Shown in pieces: positions 28,327-39,088 of a DNA stretch of 64,000 nt. Numbering within the stretch: position 1 is the first letter of the stretch; each line of letters opens with the position of its first letter. The translations under genes and the position numbers were made by a program. The notes under the pieces were generated by a model that saw nothing but the letters and a program-made list of their open reading frames with translations, searched no databases and was not told where the DNA came from. The stretch covers positions 448,001 to 512,000 of the forward strand of contig CAVPNL010000001.1 of NCBI GenBank assembly GCA_963706575.1, in the 5' to 3' direction. The stretch is from an uncultured delta proteobacterium. GTDB lineage: Bacteria; Desulfobacterota; Desulfobacteria; Desulfobacterales; JAHEIW01.

Positions 28327-29475
28327 TTATAGCTTGCCCAGTACTTCCCTAGAGATAACGATCTTCTCAACCTCCTTGGTTCCTTCATAAATCTCTAAAA
28401 CCTTGGCAGCGCGGTAAAATCGTTCGATATCGTAATCGTTAAAGTAGCCGTAACCGCCGTGCAGCTGCAATGCTTCATCCACGACTTCAACCGCTATATG
28501 GCAGGCATACATTTTGGCCATGGCAGTCAATTTCGTATCCGGTTTGCCCTGATCGAGCAACCAGGCGGATTTGTAAGTCATGTTGCGGGCGGTTTCAACC
28601 TTAGTTGCCATTTCGGCAATTTTAAACTGGGTGCCCTGAAATGCGGCCAGGGGTCGACCGAATTGCTGTCTGCCCTTTACATGTTTAACTGCCATATCCA
28701 GAGCGCCCTGGGCAAGTCCGACGCCGTGAGCTGCAACATATGCCCGGGAGTGATCGAAAAATTTCATCAGCTGGATAAACCCGTTTCCTTCCACACCGAT
28801 CAAATTTTCCCGGGGGACGCGGCAATTGTTAAAATAAATGGCTGCTGTATCTGACGCCCGTAGGCCCATCTTGCCATGCATCGGATCGGCCTTATACCCT
28901 TCGCGATCGGTCTCCACCAGAATGATGCTGTGGCGGCCGGTTTTGGATTTCGCATCCGGGTCGGTAAGGCAGTAAACCAGCATATGGGTTCCAACGGTAC
29001 CGTTTCCGATCATCACTTTGCTGCCGTTGATGATATAGTCATCACCGTCTTTAACGGCAGAGGTCGTAGCCGCGGCTGTATCACTGCCGGCATCCGGCTC
29101 GGTAATAGCAAACCCTAAAATGCCATCACCGGTAAAAAGTTGGGGAAGGTACTTCTTTTTTTGCTCTTCTGTGCCGAAAAGAATCAGTTCTTCAGCTCCG
29201 AATGACACCGAGCAAAGCTCCTGCGCGATGCCCGGGTCCACTTTCCAGAACTCTTCCAGCACCAGGGCCTGCTCGAAAAAACCGAGTCCGGGTCCGCCGT
29301 ATTCTTCAGGGATGAAAAGTCCGATCAGATCCAGTTCGCGCGCTTTTTTCAGGATTTCTGCCGGAAACGTTTCATTGATGTCATATTCAAGCGCAACAGC
29401 CGGAAATTCACCCACTGCAAATTCGCGGGCTGCTCTTTGAATGTACTGCTGTTCTTTGGTCAGATCATAGTCCAT
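28327..29475 (-). CDS. Acyl-CoA dehydrogenase
   Basis: FAITEPDAGSD, KMGLRAS, RQQFG, QLHGGYGY, IYEGT. Confidence 0.93.
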   Translation of the reverse strand: MDYDLTKEQQYIQRAAREFAVGEFPAVALEYDINETFPAEILKKARELDLIGLFIPEEYGGPGLGFFEQALVLEEFWKVDPGIAQELCSVSFGAEELILFGTEEQKKKYLPQLFTGDGILGFAITEPDAGSDTAAATTSAVKDGDDYIINGSKVMIGNGTVGTHMLVYCLTDPDAKSKTGRHSIILVETDREGYKADPMHGKMGLRASDTAAIYFNNCRVPRENLIGVEGNGFIQLMKFFDHSRAYVAAHGVGLAQGALDMAVKHVKGRQQFGRPLAAFQGTQFKIAEMATKVETARNMTYKSAWLLDQGKPDTKLTAMAKMYACHIAVEVVDEALQLHGGYGYFNDYDIERFYRAAKVLEIYEGTKEVEKIVISREVLGKL

Positions 29476-29549
29476 GGGTCGTTCCTCTCTATGTATGTTG
29501 AAATCCTTAGCATTCTAGTTTTTCAGAAACTTATTAGAATCCCCAAACC

Positions 29550-29648
29550 GGAATGATGGAATGGTGGAAAAATGGAATAATGGGTTTCGGAAGGCAGACA
29601 TCCCCTTTTAAAATCAACATTCCAGCATTCCATTATTCCAATGTTCCA
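29550..29648. repeat. 8-mer-period inverted-repeat element
   Basis: ggaatgatggaatggtggaaaaatggaataatgg ... cattccagcattccattattccaatgttcca. Confidence 0.78.
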
Positions 29649-29704
29649 GATCGTATTTGCTCTTTCCTTAATATTTTAAATACATTTTCTATACTTAACC
29701 GGGA

Positions 29705-31267
29705 TCACAACGGGATGTTACCGTGTCGTTTTTTGATCTCAGGTCGCTGTTTATTGCGCAGCATCCTCAGGGCTTTGATTAACTCGGGTCGCGTTTCTTT
29801 AGGCTTGATGACGCTATCGACCAGCATATTGGAAGCTGCGTGGTAGGGATTCGAATATTTATAATCATATTCCTCGATTTTCTGCTGACGGAGTTCATCG
29901 GGATTTTCCGCAGCCTGAATTTCTTTGCGGAATATCAAATTCACGGCGGCTGTTGTATCCAGCACAACCAGTTGAGCAATCGGCCAGGCTAGCATCAGAT
30001 CAACTCCCATGCCGACACAGCACATCCCCATCACGGCGCCGCCGTATTCCTTGCGCAGGGCCAGCGTGATCTTGGGCACGGTGGCTTCTGAATAGGCATA
30101 GAGCATTTTAGCGCCATGACGGATAATTCCGGCATGCTCTTGGGCCACCCCGGGAAAATAGCCGGGCACATCCACAAAATTAATCAGGGGGATATTGAAC
30201 GCGTCGCAAAATCGAATGAAACGGGCGGCTTTGTCGGACGCATCGACATCCAGACACCCGGCCTTTATTCGCGGCTGATTGGCAACGATTCCGACGACAT
30301 GGCCGTCCATACGGGCAAAGCCGACGATAATATTCAGGGCGTAACGGCGCAGGACTTCAAAAAAGGTTGCCTGATCGACCACTCGCTCGATGACCTGATG
30401 CATGTCATAGGATTTTTTAAAGTCTGCGGGGACGATTTCCTTAAGCTTTTTGTCGATTCGTTCAGGATCATCACCGGTATTCACGATCGGTGGATTTTCA
30501 CTATTATTCGATGGCAGATAACTGAGCAGTTTTTTTATGAGTTCCAAACACTCTTCATCACTGTCGGCAACGAAATGCGCGGTTCCGGTGATCTCGCTGT
30601 GGACTTTGGCACCGCCGAGCTCTTCCAGACTGATATCTTCACCGGTCACTGATTTGATGATCCCGGGCCCGGTAATCACCATGTGGCTTTTGCCTTTTAC
30701 CATAACGATAAAATCGGTCAAGGCCGGCGAATAAACGGCCACCCCCGCACTGGATCCCATCATGCCGGTAATTTGAGGAATTAGGCCTGAAGCCGCCGTA
30801 TTGCGATAAAACATGCCGGCAACGCCTTTGGATGCGAAAAAGCCTTCATGCAATCGGCCGCCTCCGGAGTCATTTAAAGCCACCAGGGGCGCTTTAACTT
30901 TTATGGCCTCATCCATAATACGGCAGATTTTTTGCCCGTGGATGGTGCCGACGGACCCGCCGAGAACGGTAACGTCCTGGGCATAAGCAAATACCAGACG
31001 GCCTTCTATGTTGCCATAACCGGTAACCACACCGTCGCCAGGTACCTTCTTTTGCTGCATACCAAAAGCAACGGACTGACTTTCGGCCAATTTGTTGACC
31101 TCCACAAAACTGCCCGGATCGAAAAGCAGGTTAAGGCGTTCTCTGGCCGTCAATTTGCCTCTTTCGTGCTGGCGGTCGACCATCTTTTGACCGCCGCCGA
31201 TTTCGGCCTGTTGCTCAAGAGCCGCCAGCCTTTCCAATTCACTCTGATGTGTTTTGGATTTCGTCAT
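29705..31267 (-). CDS. Acyl-CoA carboxyltransferase (PccB/MmdA family)
   Basis: GKLTARER, GDGVVTG, DSGGGR, DVPGY, KRHGNIPL. Confidence 0.92.
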   Translation of the reverse strand: MTKSKTHQSELERLAALEQQAEIGGGQKMVDRQHERGKLTARERLNLLFDPGSFVEVNKLAESQSVAFGMQQKKVPGDGVVTGYGNIEGRLVFAYAQDVTVLGGSVGTIHGQKICRIMDEAIKVKAPLVALNDSGGGRLHEGFFASKGVAGMFYRNTAASGLIPQITGMMGSSAGVAVYSPALTDFIVMVKGKSHMVITGPGIIKSVTGEDISLEELGGAKVHSEITGTAHFVADSDEECLELIKKLLSYLPSNNSENPPIVNTGDDPERIDKKLKEIVPADFKKSYDMHQVIERVVDQATFFEVLRRYALNIIVGFARMDGHVVGIVANQPRIKAGCLDVDASDKAARFIRFCDAFNIPLINFVDVPGYFPGVAQEHAGIIRHGAKMLYAYSEATVPKITLALRKEYGGAVMGMCCVGMGVDLMLAWPIAQLVVLDTTAAVNLIFRKEIQAAENPDELRQQKIEEYDYKYSNPYHAASNMLVDSVIKPKETRPELIKALRMLRNKQRPEIKKRHGNIPL

Positions 31268-31375
31268 GGTTGTTTATCCTTTGTTGATTTCTAATGATTA
31301 TAGAGGTTTCAAAGATTGAGAAGGATTAAATCAAACTATTTGTGTTTTTTGCGGCTTACCGGCATTACCTGCAAC

Positions 31376-31405
31376 TGTATACTGTATACCATATGAAACT
31401 GTCAA
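31376..31405 (-). promoter_or_regulatory. Promoter (-35 TTGACA) with operator copy over the -10 region, for the carboxyltransferase operon
   Basis: Minus strand reads TTGACA-GTTTCATAT-GGTATACAGTATACA. Confidence 0.75.
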
Positions 31406-31561
31406 TTATTAAAAATGTTCATTTTCATTCTAGACCTGTACTGTTTGCTTGGAATTTGATACATGAAATTTTCGCCATATTTCACAAATTAGGATCCGAT
31501 TTCTTTTGTTCATATGCAACCTTCAGCAGACACTATATAATTTTTAAAGGAGAAATTGAGC

Positions 31562-32807
31562 ATGTCCGGCAAAAAGAAGAAATTTTCAAGAAGAGATTTT
31601 ATTAAATCCGCTGGTGCAGCTAGTTTAGGATCGGTTCTGGTTCCTTTAAGCACTTTGAATCAAGCGCATGGCAGTACTTCAACGAAGACGCCTGAACATA
31701 TGATTGTGCCGAAGCGACCGTTTGGGAAAACAGGCGTTGATGTCTCAATCCTTTCACTGGGCGGCGTATTAAGGAGTTCTGACCTGTTAATATTCAGGCA
31801 GGCATTTAAAATGGGCGTAACCTACTGGGATACGGCGGATTCATATGGATGGGGTAAAAATGAAAAGGCAATCGGCAAATACTTTGCCAAGTTCCCAAAC
31901 GATCGCGAAAAAGTGTTCTTGGTAACTAAAGGCGGCACTTCAGACCCCAAAAAACTAACTGAGAAATTAAATACCTCACTTCAAAGAATGAATACATCGT
32001 ATGTCGATTTGTATTTTATTCATTATGTAAACGATGTAAAAAGTGAATTGACAGATGAAGTCAAGGCCTGGGCTGAAAAAGCCAAATCCGAAGGAAAGAT
32101 TCGGTTTTTTGGATTTAGCACCCATAAAAATATGGAAAACACGATGCTTGCGGGAGCCAAACTGGGGTGGATCGATGGCATCATGATGAGCTATAATTAC
32201 AGGCTAATGGTAAAAGATAAAATGAAAAGAGCGGTTGATGCCTGTGTTAAGGCGGGGATAGGATTGACAGCCATGAAAACACAGGCTGCTTTCTCGGCAA
32301 ATTTTTATGCTTCGATCGGCTCTGAAACCGACGATGCCCTGAAAATGACTGAAAATTTTCTTAAAAAAGGATATACCGCTGAACAGGCGAAACTTAAAGT
32401 CGTGTGGGAAAATCCAAATATTGCCAGTATCTGCTCGGCGATGTCCGAATATGACCATCCTGCAGGCAAATGTAGCCGCGGCTTTGAACAAGCAACGTCT
32501 GTCCGGAGGTGACAAACAACGTCTGGAACAATATGCACAACAAACTGCTCCCGGCTACTGTGCCGGCTGCGCAAATATTTGCGAATCAGCGGTCGATCTT
32601 GGTATCCCTATCAGCGATATATTGCGCTATTCCATGTACCATCACAGCTATGGAGATCGAGATACGGCTTTAGCGTTATTCAAGGCGCTACCAGCAAATA
32701 TTAAGGTAAACATTTTTAAGGCCGACTATTCTAAAGCTGAAAAATATTGCCCCCAAAAAATTCAAATCGGTAGAGTTTTGAAAAAAACATATAAAGATTT
32801 AACTTAA
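31562..32807 (+). pseudogene. Tat-signal aldo/keto reductase with C-terminal Fe-S motif, split by a +1 frameshift
   Basis: SRRDFIK, YWDTADSY, FGFSTH; CAGCANIC in the second ORF. Removing T32444 gives ICSAMPNMTILQAN. Confidence 0.75.
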
Positions 32808-32883
32808 ACAGTACATTTTGCCACCCCGAGAAGTGGGGTTATCAGTTTCATATCTAAAATACATTTATTTTTAGGAGGCTAAA

Positions 32884-33717
32884 ATGAAAGAACAAGTAAT
32901 GCATTTACTGCCACAATTCCTTGAAACTATTGGGGTTGATGAGGAACCAATGGGTATTTTTTATACTGCTGAAAAACCAGCTGAAGGTTTTTCCCCGAAA
33001 CCAATGGATTTGCCCACTCGCGAAAAGGAAATGAAAAATGAAATTGACTGGCAAAAAGTGTTCAGTCAGTTTTCCTGTGTGATGGGAAATATTTGGCGGG
33101 CCCGAAAGAAGAAGACAGCAGCTTATTTCTCTGCCGAACAATTTGGGTGTCCTGGTGGTGCTTTCTGGCTTGGCTTTAACAAACCCCAGGCTGAAACGAT
33201 GATTCAGTATGTATCCACCGGCATTCCCAATTGGACGGACGGTGAGTTTTACTGTGATTCTCCGGACAATCTAAGACAAATCTTTGAATATGTTGATCCA
33301 CGACCGGCGCCCAAAACTTTTTGCGTTGTAAAGCCGCTAAGCCTATTCTGCGGTGATGAAGAGCCGGAACTTGTTGCTTTTTTTACCAGACCGGAATCAC
33401 TGTGTGGGCTTCATCAACTGGCAACTTATGTGACCAATGACCCTGAAGTGGTCGCATCACCCTGGGGTCCCGGGTGCGGGAGCGTTGTCACATGGCCGCT
33501 GCACTACTCATCAAAAGGAAAGAACAAAGCTGTGGTCGGGGGATGGGATCCTTCCGCGCGAATGTTTTTTAAAACTGATGAGCTGTCATTTACCGTGCCT
33601 TTTGCGATGTTTATGGATATGGTCACGCGTTTTAACGAATCATTTCTAAAAACCAATAGCTGGGAAACGGTTCAGAAGAAGATCGAACGAAGTAAAAAAA
33701 CATGGGGAGAGGTTTAG
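32884..33717 (+). CDS. DUF169-family protein
   Basis: SCVMG, GCPGG, PWGPGCGS, GGWDPSAR pattern; AGGAGG RBS. Confidence 0.7.
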   Translation: MKEQVMHLLPQFLETIGVDEEPMGIFYTAEKPAEGFSPKPMDLPTREKEMKNEIDWQKVFSQFSCVMGNIWRARKKKTAAYFSAEQFGCPGGAFWLGFNKPQAETMIQYVSTGIPNWTDGEFYCDSPDNLRQIFEYVDPRPAPKTFCVVKPLSLFCGDEEPELVAFFTRPESLCGLHQLATYVTNDPEVVASPWGPGCGSVVTWPLHYSSKGKNKAVVGGWDPSARMFFKTDELSFTVPFAMFMDMVTRFNESFLKTNSWETVQKKIERSKKTWGEV

Positions 33718-33874
33718 TCTATAATGGTATCTTCGTTGGTGATATCCGTTACACACACCTCAAACCAGTGATTCAAATGAACGAAGTGCAGATCTAACGG
33801 TGTTTCGGACTCCCTAAAAGTGTTGGCAAAAAGATAATAACTTTGCAATTAGCCGGATAGCTTTTAACAAACCA

Positions 33875-33908
33875 GGGCAGGGCTATCATAACCCTGCCTT
33901 TTATTTTC
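33875..33908 (+). terminator. Probable intrinsic terminator
   Basis: gggcaggg-ctatcataa-ccctgcct followed by a T-rich tract. Confidence 0.55.
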
Positions 33909-34107
33909 AGAAACAAATATATTGATATGAAGTGCACAATATTTTATTGTTAGCTGTTGCAAGATCACATCTCACATTTTTTTGATCCTTCTTTTCTGAT
34001 TCTGCTTATTGTTCATTTGGATCCTCTTTGCTGTAATAGCTCTATATGGTGAAGTCGTCTTAATTCAATTATTCCTAAACAACTAAAAATATTAGGGATA
34101 ATTACCA

Positions 34108-34434
34108 ATGGCACCTTTCATCGCAAGAGCAATTCTATGGCTCATTTTTTCAGTTATTCTTTTTGATACCATTAAAGAATTTAACAAGCTTTTTCACCAA
34201 ACTTTAAATCCATATTTTGCCATTGTACCGGCAGTCCTTAATTTTTTGTTTGGGGAGTATATTTTCAAAAAATGGAAATTCAACCAGGAAGTTCAAATTA
34301 ATAAATCAACAGCGTCCAGAATTGATAAAATTATATTTTTGATCGGTTTTATAATTGTAGGCAGCCTTATTCTTTGTGTTTTAATCGTATGGGCTTTGGT
34401 GATCTATAAGGCATCGATAAAAGGTCGTCTATAA
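34108..34434 (+). CDS. Hypothetical AT-rich membrane protein
   Basis: 108-aa ORF with three hydrophobic stretches and an AGGGA RBS. Confidence 0.5.
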   Translation: MAPFIARAILWLIFSVILFDTIKEFNKLFHQTLNPYFAIVPAVLNFLFGEYIFKKWKFNQEVQINKSTASRIDKIIFLIGFIIVGSLILCVLIVWALVIYKASIKGRL

Positions 34435-34684
34435 GGCATTGATGAAACTTAACATTTATTTGCTTCCAGAATTTCTTCCGCCCCAAGCGGGCCTTTTTGA
34501 TTTGCCTATTTTTTTAAACTTCTGGCGATGATGGCTCGACTCGATCGACATGGTGTATTATCTTGAAGTGTCTTTGATCCATGCTTCCTGATCGTCGTGT
34601 TTCCGATGTGATAGTCAGTAAAGGGGAGCACAATCGTTATTGGTCAGGACGATGACAAAATGAATTAAAAAGGGGGACATTATC

Positions 34685-35428
34685 ATGCGCCATTTTATAT
34701 ATGTGTTTTTGCTTTTATTTGTTTCAACTGTGGCCTTTGGTGGTACGGGCGCTTCAGTGACATATCAGGTCAACGGACAATCTTATGAGGGTTATTACAT
34801 CAGCCCTTCTGACCGGGCGCCGTTTGTGCTGCTGATTCATGACTGGGATGGCTTAACAGATTATGAAATCAAGCGGGCCAATATGCTTGCTGATTTGGGC
34901 TACGCGGTATTTGCTTTGGATTTGTTTGGTGCCGGCGTGCGACCGACCGAAGTAAAGGACAAACGCCAGCATACGGGCGAACTCTATAAAAACAGGGGAA
35001 AAATGCGGACTTTGATGAAAGCGGCTCTGGATACGGCTAAAAACAAAGGCGCCAACATCAAAAATGCCGTTGTATTCGGCTATTGTTTCGGCGGCGCGGC
35101 AGTGCTTGAATTGGCGCGCTCCGGGGCGGACCTGAAGGGTTTTGCCACTTTTCATGGGGGCTTAAAAACACCGCAAGGACAAAATTACAGCCAAACCCGG
35201 GGGAAAATTTTAATTATGCACGGTTCAGCCGATACAGCGATTACCATGGATCAGTTCGCTGACCTGGCCAAAGAACTGGAATCAGCCGGAGTTGCCCACG
35301 AAATGATCACCTATGGTGGAGCCCAACATGCCTTTACCGTTTTTGGTGCTAAACCCTATCAAAAAACTGCAGATAAAAAATCCTGGAAGCGCTTTACAGA
35401 ATTCCTTGCAGAAACGTTGAAAAATTGA
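34685..35428 (+). CDS. Dienelactone hydrolase family protein with signal peptide
   Basis: IHDWDGL, GYCFGG, HG..D, HAFT. Confidence 0.9.
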   Translation: MRHFIYVFLLLFVSTVAFGGTGASVTYQVNGQSYEGYYISPSDRAPFVLLIHDWDGLTDYEIKRANMLADLGYAVFALDLFGAGVRPTEVKDKRQHTGELYKNRGKMRTLMKAALDTAKNKGANIKNAVVFGYCFGGAAVLELARSGADLKGFATFHGGLKTPQGQNYSQTRGKILIMHGSADTAITMDQFADLAKELESAGVAHEMITYGGAQHAFTVFGAKPYQKTADKKSWKRFTEFLAETLKN

Positions 35429-35551
35429 AATGAATAAATTGTGAAATTTCAAAATGAAATCACAATTGCACAATTTTTTTTCGTAGCGTTGGCCTTACAG
35501 ACCGGCTGCCAATTGGGTGAGGCTCTCAATGTTTAACACAGGAGGCTATCT

Positions 35552-36349
35552 TTGAGTAATCATCTGCTATTGGTACAGAAAAAAAGCAATATTTGTACCC
35601 TAACACTTAACCGGCCGGAAAAGAAAAATTCTCTTTCTCTTGAATTGATTGAACAGATTAAATCTACCATGGAAGAACTGGCTGAGGACGATGGGGTTCG
35701 GACCGTTATCCTGCGCGGGGCAGGGGATCAGGCCTTTTGTTCGGGATTTGATATTGGGTCGTTACCCACCCAATCCAAAGGGGATGCAGAGCAAAGATTA
35801 AAATCATTGGATCAGGTTGAGTCGCTATTTCAATGTCTGATTCGCTTTCCATACCCGGTGATTGCCATGCTGAATGGCTTTGCATTTGGACTGGGATGTG
35901 AGCTGGCCATGTGCTGTGACATTCGCATTGGCATCGAGGATATCCACATGGGGGTGCCGCCGGTCAAGCTGGGCATGGTTTATCCATGGACTGGGCTGCA
36001 GCGGTTTATTCAGAACATCGGGCTGCAAAGCACCAAAGAAATGTTTTTTACCGGTCGCAGCTACACCGGCCGACGGATCAAAGAGCTCGGGCTGGTAGAC
36101 TATCTTGTACCCGGCGATGAGTTAGAAGAATTTACTTATGGCATGGCTGAAGAAATTGCCGGGAACGCACCGCTGGCGCTAAAGGGCACCAAAAAAGTCA
36201 TCAATTTGTTGATGCAATCCAACCGCTTGGATGAAACCCAAATCAAAGAAGCACAAACGATTTTTAATACAACCCTGTTGAGCGAAGATATGCAGGAAGG
36301 GCAGTCTGCATTTTTGGAAAAGCGAAAACCTCAGTTTAAGGGAAAATAG
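35552..36349 (+). CDS. Enoyl-CoA hydratase/isomerase family protein
   Basis: LNRPEKKNS, FCSGFDI, AFLEKRKPQF. Confidence 0.88.
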   Translation: MSNHLLLVQKKSNICTLTLNRPEKKNSLSLELIEQIKSTMEELAEDDGVRTVILRGAGDQAFCSGFDIGSLPTQSKGDAEQRLKSLDQVESLFQCLIRFPYPVIAMLNGFAFGLGCELAMCCDIRIGIEDIHMGVPPVKLGMVYPWTGLQRFIQNIGLQSTKEMFFTGRSYTGRRIKELGLVDYLVPGDELEEFTYGMAEEIAGNAPLALKGTKKVINLLMQSNRLDETQIKEAQTIFNTTLLSEDMQEGQSAFLEKRKPQFKGK

Positions 36350-36367
36350 ATCTGAATTATAGTTCCT

Positions 36368-36392
36368 CACGCAAAGACGCAAAGTCGCAAAG
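36368..36392. repeat. 8-mer tandem repeat (single arm)
   Basis: cacgcaaagacgcaaagtcgcaaag. Confidence 0.6.
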
Positions 36393-36500
36393 ATTTTATA
36401 ATTTGTTGTAACGGATTTAATTATTCCGGTTCCTAAATAAAAAATAAATCATTTATTTTTAAATTCTGGAACGATCAATTAGGGTGAAGAGGAGGAATAC

Positions 36501-37652
36501 ATGGAGCTCACGTCTTACAAAGCAGAAGATCTTTTTGAATGGGTGACCCGGGCAGGAGAAGAATTTTTATTGCTGGACGTTCGCGTGAATGAAGAGTTTG
36601 ACCGTTTTAAAGTCGAAGGACCCTTTCTTTCCGATATGGTCAATGTCCCTTACGTGGAATTTGTTGAACACGAGGAAGAAAGTGTGGCCAAAGTACCTGC
36701 GGCTGAAAAAGTCCGGATTGTGTGTGCCAAAGAAGGCTCAGCCAAGTATGTCGGGGAAATTATGGTCAATCACGGCTTTAAAGATGTTCGCTATCTGGAG
36801 GGCGGAATCAAAACCTGGGGCAATATGCTGGCACCAGAGCTGGTGGCATCTGATGACGGTTATAAACTCTACCAGTTCATCCGTCCGGGAAAGGCCTCTT
36901 GCAGTTACGGACTGATATACAATGACGAAATGGTTTTGTTCGATCCATCCCGCAATGTCGATTTTTATCAGCGCTTTGCTGAAAATAACGGTGCCAGGAT
37001 CGTTAAGTCCTGCGAAACCCACCTGCAGGCCGATTATATCTCCGGCAGCAAACAAATCGCTGCCGATTTCGGTGCGCATATATTGGGGCACGAAAACGAT
37101 TTTAAAGAGGCAGCTTTCAAATACGAGAAGATTGTCGATGAGCAGGTTTACTCCTTTTCCAAAGGCGGCCCGGAAATCAAAGCCCTGCACATGCCGGGAC
37201 ACACGCCGGGCAGCACTTCTTACCTGATTGATAATAAATACCTGATTACCGGAGATACGGTATTTATTTTATCAATCGGTCGTCCGGATCTCGGAGGGAA
37301 AGCCGAGGAATGGTCAAAACTGCTGTATCACACCCTTAAAACAAAGATTGAGGAATTGAAAGCTGACCTGATCATTTTACCCGGTCATTATATGGATTGG
37401 AGTGAAGCCAATCCATCCCGGATATTTTCAGACACACTGGGGAACATAAAAAATAAGAATTCAGATATTTACGGCATATCAACCGAAAGGGAGTTTATTG
37501 AATTTATTAAAGACAATATGCGCCCTCAGCCGGAAGTGTACGCAGAGGTTCGTAAGGTCAATGCGGGTTTATTGGAAGTTGACGCGGAAGAGCAGGAGAT
37601 AATGGATCTGGGTAAGAATGAGTGTGCTGCCAGTGCACAAAAAGCATCCTGA
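36501..37652 (+). CDS. Rhodanese + metallo-beta-lactamase-fold protein (persulfide dioxygenase-like)
   Basis: LLDVR, VCAKEG, LEGGI; ETHLQADY, PGHTPGS, TGDTVF, GRPDL, PGH. Confidence 0.82.
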   Translation: MELTSYKAEDLFEWVTRAGEEFLLLDVRVNEEFDRFKVEGPFLSDMVNVPYVEFVEHEEESVAKVPAAEKVRIVCAKEGSAKYVGEIMVNHGFKDVRYLEGGIKTWGNMLAPELVASDDGYKLYQFIRPGKASCSYGLIYNDEMVLFDPSRNVDFYQRFAENNGARIVKSCETHLQADYISGSKQIAADFGAHILGHENDFKEAAFKYEKIVDEQVYSFSKGGPEIKALHMPGHTPGSTSYLIDNKYLITGDTVFILSIGRPDLGGKAEEWSKLLYHTLKTKIEELKADLIILPGHYMDWSEANPSRIFSDTLGNIKNKNSDIYGISTEREFIEFIKDNMRPQPEVYAEVRKVNAGLLEVDAEEQEIMDLGKNECAASAQKAS

Positions 37653-37687
37653 GGGTAGCTTATCTTAAAATTGAACCGGACACAGCG

Positions 37688-37739
37688 GAGGAGGGCCATT
37701 TCAAGTGCTAACAACACTAAATGGCGCCTCCTCTTTTTT
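37688..37739 (+). terminator. Probable intrinsic terminator
   Basis: gaggagggccattt...aaatggcgcctcctc followed by a T tract. Confidence 0.6.
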
Positions 37740-37988
37740 ATGTGAACTATAAAATTAAAACCCGAATTTTAATTAAAGTAACTATTTAAATAAAATATTC
37801 TAACAATTTAAAAATAAATATAAAAATATAAATTAATTTTCAGTCCCTTGATTTAAACCCGCCTCTCAAATTTAACGATTTCCGGTCTAAAGAAGACTAA
37901 AGTAAACCGATAAATTATCCGATATAAATTTCGGAAACCGTTTACTTATGGAATAACCTGCTGAACTGTACCTAATTTTTTATAAAGG

Positions 37989-38441
37989 ATGCAAACCTGT
38001 ATGAAGGTTCCGGAAACTGCATTAAAAAAATACAACGTTGTTATTCCGAAATTATTTCAGATTATTTTAAATTTACCGGAGGAAAAGCAATTAGCGCTTC
38101 TGCAACATGCCGAAGAATTGCTGGTAAAGGAAAGACGCTCCTTTATCCGGAAAAAATGCTCTATCCCGGTCAGTTACGCGACCTATGACCGCGTTTATAC
38201 AAACACCATAAAAAATATCAGTCAGAGAGGCTTGTTTATAGAAACCCAAAGGCCTTTATTTGTCGGAGAAGAGCTCGTCATGTCGTTTTCAATGAAGGGT
38301 TTTGGCAAGCCGCTTAAGGTAAAAGGCGAAATTGTGCAGGTTTCTCGCAGTGGAATCGGGGTCGAATTTAAAAACATGAGCCCCTACGTCGAAGAGATGA
38401 TTGCAAAACTTATCAACCGCATGAAAACGGAACTGGTTTAA
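37989..38441 (+). CDS. PilZ domain protein
   Basis: ERRSFIR (RxxxR), NISQRG (D/NxSxxG), GIGVEF. Confidence 0.85.
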   Translation: MQTCMKVPETALKKYNVVIPKLFQIILNLPEEKQLALLQHAEELLVKERRSFIRKKCSIPVSYATYDRVYTNTIKNISQRGLFIETQRPLFVGEELVMSFSMKGFGKPLKVKGEIVQVSRSGIGVEFKNMSPYVEEMIAKLINRMKTELV

Positions 38442-38447
38442 TCCCAT

Positions 38448-39056
38448 TTAACAATTGTCATACATTCTAATGATCTCGCCGGTTCCTTTCCCTTCAACGC
38501 TTTTTACATATCCGTTTATTACCTTTTTCATTGGAATCGGATTGTGGCCGGGGAAATAGGCCTCATATTTTTCGACTGCATCTTCAACCAATCCGGATGA
38601 AACTGCATTGATCCTAAGTTCGTTTTTTAATTCTAAGGCGGCTGCTTTGACAAAACTGTGAATTGCTCCATTGACCATGGCAGCGCTTGTCGTCATCCTT
38701 ACAGGATGATCCGCCAATATCCCGGTCGTAAGCGTAAATGACCCTCCAGTATTCAAGTAATCCTGCCCGATCCTTACAAGATTTACCTGTCCCATTAACT
38801 TGCTCCGTAGCCCGATATCGTAATCGTCTTCCGTCAATGAATCAAATGGTGCCCATTTAGCCTCTCCGGCTATACATAAAATTGCATCTACTGCTCCAAT
38901 GGATTCAAACATCGCTTTAATAGACCTCGAGTCCGCAATATCGACAGTGACATCGCCGGAAGTTCTTCCGGCAATAATAATTTCATGTGTCTTCGAGAAA
39001 TGAGCTGCCACTTTTTTGCCAATTGTACCGTTACCGCCAATTACGAGAAGTTTCAT
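38448..39056 (-). CDS. Short-chain dehydrogenase/reductase (short atypical type)
   Basis: IGGNGTIG, SKLMGQVNL, RINAVS. Confidence 0.85.
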   Translation of the reverse strand: MKLLVIGGNGTIGKKVAAHFSKTHEIIIAGRTSGDVTVDIADSRSIKAMFESIGAVDAILCIAGEAKWAPFDSLTEDDYDIGLRSKLMGQVNLVRIGQDYLNTGGSFTLTTGILADHPVRMTTSAAMVNGAIHSFVKAAALELKNELRINAVSSGLVEDAVEKYEAYFPGHNPIPMKKVINGYVKSVEGKGTGEIIRMYDNC

Positions 39057-39088
39057 TTTTTCTCCTTTTTAATCAATAAATATTTCGT

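Noticed and set aside
29553..29846. ORF MMEWWKNGIMG and similar short ORFs at 14955, 18547 and 45138
   Set aside because: They are translations of repeat arms or antisense shadows of real genes.
33790..33830. Integron attC-like site (ATCTAAC...GTTGGCA)
   Set aside because: It is too short, the core complementarity is imperfect, and there is no integrase or cassette array.
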